Shown one piece after another: positions 25,601 through 37,200 of a stretch of 64,000 nucleotides of DNA. Source of the DNA: Zygnema circumcarinatum SAG 698-1b (taxonomy: Eukaryota; Plantae; Zygnematophyceae). Made by a program: the position numbers and the translations under genes. Under the pieces are notes generated by a model, which was given only the letters and a program-made list of their open reading frames with translations, was not told the origin of the DNA and made no database searches. How positions within the stretch are numbered: position 1 is the stretch's first letter; every line of letters starts with the position of its first letter. The stretch spans positions 2,676,327-2,740,326 of the forward strand of contig CM074807.1 of assembly GCA_037447605.1 (NCBI GenBank), given 5' to 3'.

Positions 25601-28600
25601 TACAGGCGTCCGTGCTAAGATATCTCCCGTATGAGCATCTAGAGGAGTTGCCAGAATATCTGGCAACAGTGCTCCCCCCCGACCTATGCTAGGAGTAGCA
25701 AGAGATTCTCTCTCTCTCAGAGGCACTGCCTCTTCCTCGACATGTGCAGGAGTAGCTGCTCTCAACTCCTCCGACGCCTTTGCAAACAGCTCCACTTCTT
25801 GAGGTGCCTCCGCGATCTCTTCAGCCACAGATCGAAGCTTCTCGACATCAGGCACCTCTTCTTCCTCTGCACCTTGTGGGAGCAACTCTGCTTCTGCTTG
25901 AAACTGAACTTCTTCAAGCCTCGCTCCCTCTTCACCTCTTGCGAACTCCAGTTGCACGGCTACCCCCTCAGCCTGCAAAACACTTCCTGGAAGCGGCTCA
26001 TTCACAGTCTCTTCTGTTCGTAGTGCCTCTGTTGCAACTTCCACTTCTGTTTCCCTCTCTGCCTCCATTCTCTCCTGCGTTTCTTCCACCACAGGTATCT
26101 CTTCTGCCTCTCCAATTTGTTGTTCGGGTAACAGACCAGATACTCCGATATCCTCTCTTTCCCTCTCCTCTGTTTCTTCCACATGTCCTTCCTCCATTGT
26201 CGTATCCATTTGTGGAGCATGTCTGCAATAGCCTCATTATCCCAGCACCACAATCAGAGTCCGTCCTAGCAGTCACAAGAAAAGCATGTCAACAAACAAG
26301 TTATTTGTTTTAAAGTTGAGAAACAACCACAAGTAATAGACATTTATTCTCGGTTGGAAACATACTCCTCATGAAGCGTTTCTGTTTGCACTTCTTGCCC
26401 CATGGCCTCCATCAGTACCTCTGCTGCTCTTTCTGCTTGGAGAGTTGTCTCCAAGCTCTCACCCCCAGCCTCATGCTTCTCCATCTCCAAAAGCAGCTCG
26501 TCTCTCTCTGGGACTTCCTCAAAGAGCTCTGTTGCCTCCCAATACCAAGCTCGCAATTAGCAAAAAGTTGTTAGGAAAAACCTGAACAAGCCAGTATTCC
26601 TGTTGCAGAGGTCTATCCATTTCAGACAAAAGCCTCTTGCAGTATCAAGCCGTTTGCTGCAAGTCCAGGAACAGACAGCGTCTAAAGAATAAAAAGGAAT
26701 ATCAAACAAGAAAAGGTAAGCTACAATACGATAGGCCACGATGGGAATCAATCTTGGAAGTAAGGAAAGAAGATCGTTGCATAAAATTGTAAGAAATGCT
26801 TATGATAAACTGCAGAATTTACCCTCTTAAACATCATACAACTTGGTGCACAGTGCAGGGCATTGGAGTGATCCTCTCCATATGCAGACATGCTAAGAAC
26901 CATATGTGCTGTCTACAGGGAAAAAATATGCAGACTTGCAACATAAAATCAAGAAGGCGGATATGCTGAAGGAAAAGTGACTTGTCTCTGAAATGGGCCT
27001 ATTGAGAGGAACATTACGATAAAAGTGGGAAAATTAACCTAACGAAGAAATCTGTCAACAAATCGACAATTTGGACTCTTAACGGATGAAAGAGTTATAG
27101 CAGAATTCTCATTTGGTCCTGTTCTCGACTACCACGAGTCAATTCACTCAAATCACAATGAACTCAGTTCATGCTTCAACAAACAACAACTAATCCTTTC
27201 AAGGAACAATGACCATCTGAGTATCTACAACAGGCAGAAGGGAACAGACCCGCACCATTATCCCTTATCATCTGAGAATCATAGAAATAATCGTCAATTT
27301 CTGCCTCCTGCAATGTGATTCGCTCCCGAGTTGCATAAAGTTCCGCTTCACTTCGACTGCATGAACCGGCGCACCCCTAGTCAGTTCCTTCCAAAACAGA
27401 TAAGCTTACTAATTTGCGCTGAGAGCAGAGTGGTGGGTGGTAATGACAACCAAAAAGAGCCGATAATCCAGCTATACGAGTTAAAAAATCAACCGCGACA
27501 AGAGCAGCACTGCGCAAGACTATGGGGAAACACTCACGAAGGACCGATGGCTGACAAATCCGGAAGCTCAAGCATTTCAAGGTTGTAGTTTTCAGGTATA
27601 GTGATGCTGTGAAAAGGTGCTGTGGTCGCATCAGGTGGAAGATCTACTGCCCCTGTATTGAATGCCTGTTTAATCTTCACCAAGGTATCGCTGCAGTCCG
27701 CGTATAAGTAGCCAACCTGCAACAAGACAGCATGCATGAGCAGCTGTACCAGGATGAGGGAGAAAGGAGGAAGCCAGAAAAGGAAAAGGCTCGGGATAGA
27801 ACAACGAAATAAGTCCTTTGCGAAACTTCGACAATAATAAACTTCATTTGAGAACAACCGACTCCGCATGCATACGCAGATCGTGCAGCTCCCAAAGAAG
27901 CGAAGTCAACCAGCGCCTCACCGCTGTTAAGAGAGCTGCAAAGTGAGTGCTATACACACCTTCTTGGAGTAGATGCGCACAACGCCCAACAGTAAATGTC
28001 CAGAAAGCCGCAGTGCAATAGGCACCTCTGGAAAAAGGATAGAGTCTGGAAACCACATCACCCGGTTAACTCCCCGTACATTAAAGGCAAGTGAAGGCTA
28101 TTGTGTATTCTTTTAAAATTTTAAAGGAACAATGAAGAGAACAAACCCAACCACGGAACTTGTTGTCATTTCGATGGTCTTGCCCACTTGTCGTCACCAG
28201 TCATTCAAAGCAGGACGTCTAGCAATACAAGCAGCATAAAATTCACCACGCTGAAATGGAATGAATAAGTCACAATATTGGTACTTTAGCAGCCTGAAAT
28301 TTCGTCATCACTTCTTTGCCCAAGACAAAGCAAAAGGAAAAAGGTACAAATGGGCGCCTTTTAAAGGCAACTATGCCAGCTGGCTATTAAATGGGAGACC
28401 TTTCAGAAAAGAAGGCGCTTGGACAATTGAAGAAGGCTAATACAAGAAGCAGTCTTAATAATTTTTTTCTTCACAGCTTTATACGAGCAACGCGACCCGC
28501 AGCAAGTATACGGTGGCCATAAGAATGATGGCATCCGTTAGCTGATGCCCTAATTCTGGTATCTGCGAGCCCCCCGTCCTGCTTATCCAGGATGACAAAG

Positions 28601-28787
28601 GAAACGTTCATATGAAAAAAAAAATCAGCAGTGGGACTCGGAATTAAAGCAGCAGATGCTCACCCACGGACACAGAGATGTTGGTCTCATAAACCTGGTT
28701 CTTGCGCAGCTTCCGCTCCAGGTGAGCTGCAATCCATATTGTGGCCAGAGGCCCCCTCTTGGCCAAAATAAAGGGAGAGTAAAACAT
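22629..28787 (-). CDS. RAD21: Cohesin kleisin subunit RAD21/SCC1 (SYN4-like)
   Basis: N-terminal domain: MFYSPFILAKRGPLATIWIAAHLERKLRKNQV|DSILFPEVPIALRLSGHLLLGVVRIYSKK|VGYLYADCS. A long acidic middle region follows. C-terminal winged helix: GKTRKEAARMFFETL|VLATRDYIHVEQSEAYGEILI*. Confidence 0.95.
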
Positions 28788-29666
28788 GGCGCCTCTTCGT
28801 TCTTAGCGACCAAACAAACGCCTCTAGGTACTCTCCGCCTCCAGAACGAAGCCGCCTCCGCTCAGCCTCAGCTTCCCCTGCTGCCTCCCCCCTTCCCGCT
28901 GACAGGCGCGCCCTAGCAGGTGCTACCAAAGGTGCAGCGCGCGGCCCTGCGGGGGGTGTCTGAGTGCGCGTGCAGGGCGGCCTCCTCCCTCCCTCCCTCC
29001 CTGCTTGCTTGCAGGCGAGTGCCGGAGGGGGGCCTGCCAGCGGGCGGGCGGGCGCGGGGGGCCCTTTTGCTTTCGGGGCCCAAATTTGAAAAACGAACAC
29101 GCGCTCTCGCCGCGAGCGCTCGTTTGCGCGCGAACGCACTTCAGCGCAACGAATTGAAATATTCAATCGAATTGACATAACAACATCGGCAGCACCACCA
29201 GCAGCAGCTCTTGCAACACGCCGTGCCGCCCGGCGGCGGGCGACCATGGGATGGGATGGGATGGGATGATGTGGCGGAGCATGGGGAATGGGGCCATGGG
29301 GCCATGGCATGGCATGCTCAGGTGTGCGCATGTGTCGAACGTGGCCGGCCGCGAAAGCGAGTGCGAGGGAGCGAGAGAGTGAGCATGCGAAGTCGATGTT
29401 CTCGCGCCGGGCCGGCGAGGGAGGGAGGGTCCCGGCGGGACGGACGGGCCCCTCTTTTGAGCCCTTCGGGAACAAACAGTCCTACTAGTGCCGCACCGCG
29501 CGGTGGCGCCCGACATGCGGACGGACTCGCGCGATAGATAGCAGGGAGCCACGGGATGTCGATTCAACGATGGCGTGTGGCTGGGTGCGCCAGCCGATGG
29601 TTGCAACCATTGGCAATGAGACGATGACTGAACCCATTTGCACCTAACTATTGGCAATGGTTGGCT

Positions 29667-29852
29667 GGCCTGGTCCCGTCCCCCAATGGTTGAATTCATT
29701 GCCAATGATGTTTGCCGGATCCGCCAACCAACGGATGGTTGCAAACCCTGCCAATGGTTGGCCTGGTCCCGTCCCCCAATGGTTGAATTCATTGCCAATG
29801 ATGTTTGCCGGGTCCACCAACCAATGGATGGTTGCAACCACTGCCAATGGTT
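29667..29852. repeat. Two-copy 93-bp tandem repeat, rich in CCAAT and short palindromes, in the RAD21/fusion-gene divergent promoter
   Basis: The unit GGCCTGGTCCCGTCCCCCAATGGTTGAATTCATTGCCAATGATGTTTGCCGG... starts at 29667 and again at 29760, near-identical. A related degenerate half-unit lies at about 29596-29666. Confidence 0.9.
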
Positions 29853-30135
29853 GGCTATCCGTAGACCGTCCGCGCGACGAAAGGTCTCTCGAAACTTCGC
29901 GCCACGCGACCGTCCGACGTGGCAGTCCGGATCGCGGAAAGGTGACTGCGTGCGGCCAGCGGGCGCCACGTGGCGCGGTAGGCCCCGATGGGCGGGCGAG
30001 CTGACGCCAGCTGGCGTCAGAGCGCTCCTCCACGGTGAGGTCAGCAGGGAGAGGGAGGAGGGAGGGAGAAGCTGTCTTCTCGGGAGGCAGGAGGGACGGA
30101 GGGAGCTGGAAGCAGAGCTCGCGTTGCTCTCCGCC

Positions 30136-33100
30136 ATGGCCACCGTGCGCCGCAAAGCTTCCGACGCCTTCGTGAAGGCGCTGGAGAATGAGAACATCGA
30201 GTGCGTCCTGCGCCTGTGGCAGGGGCAGGGGGGCAGGACCTTAATGCAGAAGCAGGGAAAGAAAAGTTTGGGTTTGAAAGGCGTTGACTTTAACGTAGGC
30301 CCGTCCTTGCTGCTGCCACTTCTGATACCTTGTTTTTGCACATGTTCGCATCAGGTACATATTTGGCATTCCTGGAGAGGAGAATCTTGACATCTTGAAC
30401 TCCTTGAGGGAGTCCAGCATCAAGCTGGTGGTGACGCGCCATGAGCAGGCGGCGGGTTTCATGGCGGCGACAGTTGGCCGCATGACTGGAAAGTGCGGCG
30501 TGTGCCTCTCAACATTGGGTCCGGGAGCCACAAACTTTGCAACTGCAGCAGCATATGGGCAGCTGGCCGGCTTTCCTATGGTGAGCGCTTGATCACAGTG
30601 CCTGCATCCAAATGCCGGCATTGGCGCTCCGGGACAGATATCGAAGCTCTTTCGAATCTTTGTTTTCGAACGTTCTGAACTTGATTGAGTTAAATAAACT
30701 AACATTGTTACGAATGCGGGGCATTGGGACGCTTCCAGTTGATGATCACCGGCCAGAAGCCGATTCGGAAGAGCAAGCAAGGCTCCTTCCAGGTGGGCTT
30801 CTCACGCTTTCAGAAAGGTGAATTGACCGGAAGCACTTTTCTATGAATGCAGGAGTTTAATCACGATAAAAATTGCCTTTTGTGTGCAGATTGTGGATAT
30901 TGTCGAAAACATGCGTCCTATAACCAAGGTGCCTTCTCCTGCCTCCTTTACTTTACTATTATATAAAGATAAAAAAAAAAATAGCCATTCTACTGTGAAG
31001 AATATTTATGATGGTTGTCCTTGAGATTCAGCGAATCCGATAGACCTCAATAAAGCTAAACTGAATTTAAGCTGCACTGATTTCTGCAGTACACGAGGCA
31101 AATTGCGGATGGCGACCTTGTCCCTTCTTGTGTCCGGGAGGCCATCCGAGTGGCAGAGGAAGAGAAGCCCGGGGCTGTGCATCTAGAGCTTCCTGAAGAT
31201 ATTGCAGAAACGCTTACAGATGTTCCGGTGTTTCCCGTTCACGAAGTTCGCCGCCCCATTGCTGAGGCGAAGGCCATAGCCAAGGCGGTCGCAATGATAC
31301 AAGCAGCGTCACACCCGCTGCTGCTCATCGGAGCCGCTGCAAACCGAAAGCGCACACGCAAATCGTAAGGCGTGCCACTCCCTTTTCTTTCCTCTTCTTG
31401 ACTTGCCGTTCTTTCTGTCTCTGTTTGTCCTATTGGCAGCTAGTGCAAGGTTTCGCCTTTCTATTTCTTTCTCTAACTATCGCTTTATCTTTACGTTCCT
31501 GTCTTACAGCCCTTCTCCCCTCCTTTTCTGTGTGGGCTGCAGGCTCCGAGAGTTTGTAGATGAGTTAGGCATCCCCTTTGCCACAACGCAGATGGGCAAG
31601 GGCGTCATTACAGGTGGGGAGAGCCCCTCTTCCTTTAGTCACCTCGATTAATCACTTCTGCAGTAGAATCTCACTCTCTATATGGAGCTTGCCCTGCAGA
31701 GGCCCACCCTCTATACCTCGGCTGCTGTGCTCTCTCTGCTAAGGACTATCCTCACAAGTGCATCGACCACGCGGACCTTATCGTGAATATTGGGCATGAC
31801 ATTGTGGAGAAGCCCCCCTTCTTTATGGTGTGAGTTTTTTCAAGCTCTAATCTCAGTCTGTGAATATGGAGAGAGGGGTGCTAGAAGAGCGTCTTAGTGG
31901 GTGGTGTGGGAGAGGCTGCTCAGGCATGGGAAACCGCCTGTCGTCATTCACATCAACTTTTACTCCGCCAAAGTGGACAATGTCTACTTCCCACAGGTGG
32001 ATTTCCCTCTGCCACCTTGCAATTGGAGGAGGACCTGCAAGTCGAGCTTGAATTTGTTGCGTAGAGCTAAGTGTGAGTGGCGGGAAAATCCGAATAAGAG
32101 AGTGACTCGGAACGCCGCCTGTGTTGCAGCTCGAGGTGGTTGGAGATATTGCTAATGCCGTATGGCAATTGAAGGAATCTTTGAAAAGGCAGTCTCAGTG
32201 GGACTTCAGCTTCTTCATGAAGGTGGCACATTCAGCGTCTCGTCTTTTGCTTAATTTTCTTTTTTTATAAATTCATTCTCTTTCTTGGCAGAGACAGCTG
32301 GTCTCTGCAATGAAGGACTCATATTATAGGCGGAGCTGTACAGGTGAAGGGGGAGATGGACGTGCATTTGGCAAAGGGAATGGATTCCACGCAGTTCCCC
32401 CTGTGCCCACAGCGTATAATCGCAGGGCTCAGGTAATCAATCTGCTTCACAGAATATGCGGTGCAGAAAGTTAGCCCAAAAGCACCTTGGGGAATGCTTT
32501 CTCCCGTAGTGAAAAAATGCCTCAATTCTGAAATGGGGGCAAAATGTGGGAGTGGGATGCAGAAAAGCACTGCCAGATGACGGAGTGGCCTGCCTGGATA
32601 ATGGTGAGCCTCTCTCCTATACTTTTGTGTGCGCTTTACATGCATGAGGATAGTTGTAAGGAGCAAGCAAAGATGAGAGCAGCATGCTACGACATGTTAT
32701 CAAATCTGAAGTGGGCTATCCTGGGAATTTGCATCTCAGGAATGTACAAAATCTACTTTGCTCGAGCATTCCGGGTAAGGTGTTGTAAACCTTCGTGCTA
32801 AGCACAGCTCTGAATGCCTACTAATTAGGATTTAAAATCAATCTCCCTAAATGTCATACAGATGATGCTCGTTGTTCTTGTGACATTGTCTTGAATTCTC
32901 AAAAGGAACGCATTCTTCTAGTTTTTCCCGGAAATAAAGGCTTGATGCATGCATGCATGCATGCATGCATGCATCCAATGCAGGCATATGAGCCCAACAC
33001 TCTGCTGCTCGACAACGCTCTCGCCACTATGGGGGCCGGTCTACCCTCAGCCATGGCTGTTTCCCTTCTGTATCCCGAAAAGAAGGTGGTCGCAGTGTGC

Positions 33101-34240
33101 GGGGACGGAGGCTTCATGATGAACTCGCAGGTGTGTGGGAGAGGACCATTTACCAAAGGGTTTTGGAGTTCTGTTTTAAGGGTATTTTGCTGGGGCTACT
33201 TTGATTTCATGGTTTCGATGTTTCGTTGAGGGGGTTTGTGAGCGGTCTGCAGGAAATGGAAACAGCGGTGCGACTCGGTCTAAATCTCACCGTCATTTTG
33301 CTAAACGACAACGGATATGGCATGATAAAATGGAAGCAGGGCACTGCCGGCTTTCCCAAGTGAGCTGGAATGCTGTTTATGTTGAAAGAGAGAACAGCGA
33401 AACTCATGATTATACGGGTGAAAAACAAGGGTGTTGTACATAAGAGGTGCAAATTATAAAGTCACTCTCTGATGCCAGTTACTGTGAGTTTTTGACAATT
33501 CTGGTGGGCCCGTTGCAGCTATGGACTGGACCTAGGCAACCCTGATTTCGTCAAGTATGCGGAAAGGTGAGTGAAAACGTTTCTATTTGACTTTGAAGAG
33601 TGATAATGCCGAAGCAGAAATGGAGAGCAAGTAGAGAAATACAGCTCAGGAAGGGTACTAAGAATAGAAATGCAGCAAGAATATCGAATCAGTTGCAAGC
33701 TCCTTTAAGAAGTTGAAGTGAATGATGGCAATTTCAGGGCTGCCCTGAAATTGAAGGGAAAAAAGGAAGGAAGAAGAAAGAAGGGAAACAAAGGAGAAGA
33801 AGGAAGGGAAGGGAGAAGGGAAGGGAAGAAGGGAGAAGGGAAGACAAGAAGAGACAAGACCTGAAGGGAAGAAGGGAAGACAAGTCCTGAAGGGAGACAA
33901 CTCTATCATATGTGATGATGGTCAAGGGCACAGCTATGGCGCTAAAGGCTACCGTGTTGAGAGTCCGGATCACTTCGAGGAGCTTTTGGAGGAGTGCCTG
34001 CACAAGGGCCCCCCCGGAGTCAAACTCATCGAGGTCCGACCAATGCGTACCATTATGCTTCCAAGCACTTGGTCTCGTTTTCGCTACTTCGTTTTAACAT
34101 ACAGAGCGAAGAAGGCTCATCATGGGTTGGATGGATATATGCCGCGTGTGTAGGTGCCTGTAGATTACACGTGGGCCAATAAGATGCTCGACACCGAATT
34201 GCCAGGCTTGATGGCCAATCATCATCTTCAAAGCACGACT
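30136..34240 (+). CDS. N-terminal half: ThDP-dependent acetolactate-synthase-like enzyme of the PRK08322 type (17 exons)
   Basis: Spliced translation: [33 protein letters not shown]...[10 protein letters not shown] (catalytic Glu)...[10 protein letters not shown]...[14 protein letters not shown]...HLELPEDIA...TTQMGKG...[11 protein letters not shown]...[15 protein letters not shown]...[11 protein letters not shown]...[10 protein letters not shown] (ThDP/Mg motif)...[19 protein letters not shown]...VPVDY. Confidence 0.93.
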
Positions 34241-37200
34241 GTAAGTTTTGACTTGCAAGAAAGATAAGTCAAAAAAAAATTGAGGTGTGTTAAGAGGATG
34301 ACTTGACAGATGGTTTCAGAAATCGCAGCGTTGCTAACTGTGGAATGTATTGATCCTTCTCACAAGAATCTGAAAAATCAAAAGCCGACTAGCCGTGCTT
34401 TCAAATACTCTCTCCTCTGATCACATCGAATGCATCCTTTGGCAGAATGTTTCAAGTAAGAATTATAATAAGTTCTGACATTTGAGGGCCTCGACATGGT
34501 GCAGGTGATCTCTCCCGCTCTCGCAGATGCCACATCGGTACCCAAAACATGCGATACGGATTCTCAAACCGTTCCTTTTGAGCAGAAATCTCCACCAACT
34601 AGTGATGTCGCACAACCTGCGGCAGTTCCTCCTTCCCCTTCTCTCCCTCCACCCAAAGAGAAAGAACCTGAAAACAGTTTCGAGGCAGCTCCAAAGCCTT
34701 TGCCACCATCATCTGTGAAGGTTTATCCCTTTTACTTGGCAAACAAGCCTGTTTTTGCCAATCAGGACTTGGACATAATTAATAAGTACAACGGAGAGGT
34801 GGGAGCCAAGTGTGCGCTTGCGCATGCTCGTGACATCGACACTGCCATTGCGGGAGCTGTGAGGGCGACCAAGGCCATGGCCGCCATGGGAAGCTTCGAG
34901 AAGAAGGCAGTGCTGGAGAAGGTGGTGGCGGAGGTGAAAGATCGCTTTGAGGAGTTTGCTCAGTCTCTCTGCCTGGAGGCAGGGAAGCCCATCAGGTGAG
35001 CTGCTCGAAGGAGTGAAGTGAGAGTGAGAGTGAGAGAGCCGACGGGAGGGAAGGAGGGAGGGAGGGACGGGCAGTGCGTTTGAAAAACTTCACTGAAGAA
35101 TGGGAAGGGGGAATTCTCTTGTATGAGTACAGAGATGCACGAGGGGAGGTGCAGCGGCTTATCGACACCTTCCAAGTCGCAGCAGAGGAGAGCGTTCGCA
35201 TGTACGTTTGGGATATGTAGAGGGAAAACAAGCACCATGGCTGCTCGGTGAGCATGGATGGCTACATGCAGGGCTGAGTTGGAGAGGGAGGCATGGCAGG
35301 TATGGGGAGTATGCGCCGGCCGACATCTCAGAGCGCGCAAAGGGTTATCAGACTCTGGTGAGCTATATAGAAGAGATAGTCTCAGTCTCAGTCTCCTCCC
35401 ACTCCCCTTTTGTTTTATTTCCGGAACACTGAGTTATCGATGGATCCGTAAGAAAAGTGGCGGCTTGCAGCAATGGCATTCCCGTGTAATGATGAGGCGA
35501 ACTTAGCGCATGCAGGTCCGGCGATTCCCGATTGGACCCATCAGCATGGTCAGCCCTTTCAATTTCCCTCTAAATCTGGTGAGTTCAGCTACTCACCTTC
35601 CTAGATTCCACTTTAGAACCCTCTTAGACCCTTCTTCTGGTCAACCGCGCTGCGGAGCATTCCAGATCTCCTCCTATTGCGATTAGTAAATGGGCCTTAA
35701 TGCGTGCTGTGATTGGGGATCAGAAACTGCATATACTCTTCTATTCTCGTTGAAGTGAGAAACGGGTGCTTAGCCACTAGACAGTGACCAGCATCCTTAT
35801 CGTCCTTTCACCTACTTCCTTTTCCTACTTCTTACTTGTTCTTCTTATTCGTCGTACAGGCCGCTCATAAAATCGCTCCCGCCATTGCTGTGGGCTGCCC
35901 CTTCGTCATGAAACCTGCGAGGTGGGCCCAACTTTGTAAACGATGTGCAAATTATTCTCAGAGTAATATGCGTAAACGAATCTTCTGATCAAGTTAGAGC
36001 AGCTATTGCGTGCAAAATTTTTAGTTCCTATCCAAGCCCACGAGTAACACCTGCTGTAATGCACTCCATTATCTCATGTGAACCTTTTTTGACTTCAACT
36101 TTGAACCGGTCTGCGAGCGCAGTCGAACTCCTATTGGAGCTCTGCTCCTTGGTGACATTTTGTCGCGATGTGACCTTCCGGAGGGTGCCTTCTCCATTCT
36201 GCCGTGTGCGAGAGATGGGGCGGACCTTTTCACAACAGATGAACGCTTTAAGCTGCTCTCTTTCACGGGCTCCCCAAGTGTACGTGCATGAATGACCAAG
36301 AACGATACACCATACAGTAGCAAATTAAAAGCTTCAAAAGCTGCAAGACCTGCCCAAGAGCTTGCCTATGCATAACCTCACGGTTCGCTCGTCTTGCAGG
36401 TCGGGTGGGCTATGAAGGCGAAGGCAGGAAAAAAAAAGGTGGTGTTGGAGCTGGGGGGCAATGCAGCCTGCATAGTGGAGGTGGGCAGTCTTTACCTCTT
36501 CCAAACTGTACCTTCTTACTCGGAAATGAGGTAACTAACTAACTAACTAATTGTGGTTTCAACAATGTTTCCGGTGCATTGCAGGACCTCGTGCCGGACT
36601 TGGAAACAGTCGTGTCGCGAATAATATTCGGGGCCTTCTATCAAAGTGGGCAGTCTTGCATTAGCGTACAGCGCGTCTATATTCGGCAGGTACATCTCTT
36701 TTATCTGACCGCAGGCTTGCTCCTTCTACTGGAGTTTCCGACGAAACTTTGGAGTATTGCTTGACATGCACTTCTTACTGAAAGCTACCTTTACTGTTAC
36801 TTAAGTTAGACGGTCGAGTTTGCAGGAGCTTTACAACACAGTGAAGACAAATTTGGTTGAAAAAGCTTCAGCTTTGAAAAAGGTACGATTCTTTCAGCTG
36901 GGCTCCAAAGCATGCTTTCAGCGCTTATCATCGTTCGAGTCAGCTCTCCATTCAAGTCATATATTGTCCTCCGCAAGTGCTCAGGATTCAGAAATCTTCC
37001 CGTAAGCCCACTCAATCCCTTTCATTATGTTGTATATGTTCGAGAGGTATCTGATACTGTATGGTTTTCTGCAGGGCGATCCCTTCGATGAGAGCACCTT
37101 CATAGGGCCGATCATTGCCGAGTCTGAAGCAAAGCGCATCGAATCGTGGGTCTCGCGAGCGGTCGCAAATGGGGCAAAGTAAGTAAAGCGAATTTTGCGC

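Noticed and set aside
23600-26600. Numerous long plus-strand ORFs (e.g. 24079..24621, 25780..26313), plus 55662..56426 and 57188..57724
   Set aside because: They are antisense shadows of the Glu-rich RAD21 and cyclin T exons.
29596-29860. Possible CRISPR-like repeat array
   Set aside because: There are only about 2.5 contiguous 93-bp units with no unique spacers, no cas genes, and a eukaryotic context.
29638-30135. In-frame upstream extension of about 166 aa of the fusion protein (ORF 29638..30390)
   Set aside because: It is built from the promoter tandem repeat and GC/GA-rich 5' sequence and does not resemble a transit peptide or domain. The ATG at 30136 has a strong context (GCCGCCATGG) and matches the bacterial N-terminus. 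An upstream start is not formally excluded.
33755-33900. Purine-rich GAAG/GGAA tracts (also 47640-47940) giving Pro/Leu-rich antisense ORFs
   Set aside because: They are simple-sequence tracts inside introns.
30136-34240. Annotation as the ordinary branched-chain amino-acid AHAS/ALS
   Set aside because: There is no transit peptide, the motifs are of the bacterial PRK08322/OgdA type, and it is joined to an ALDH.
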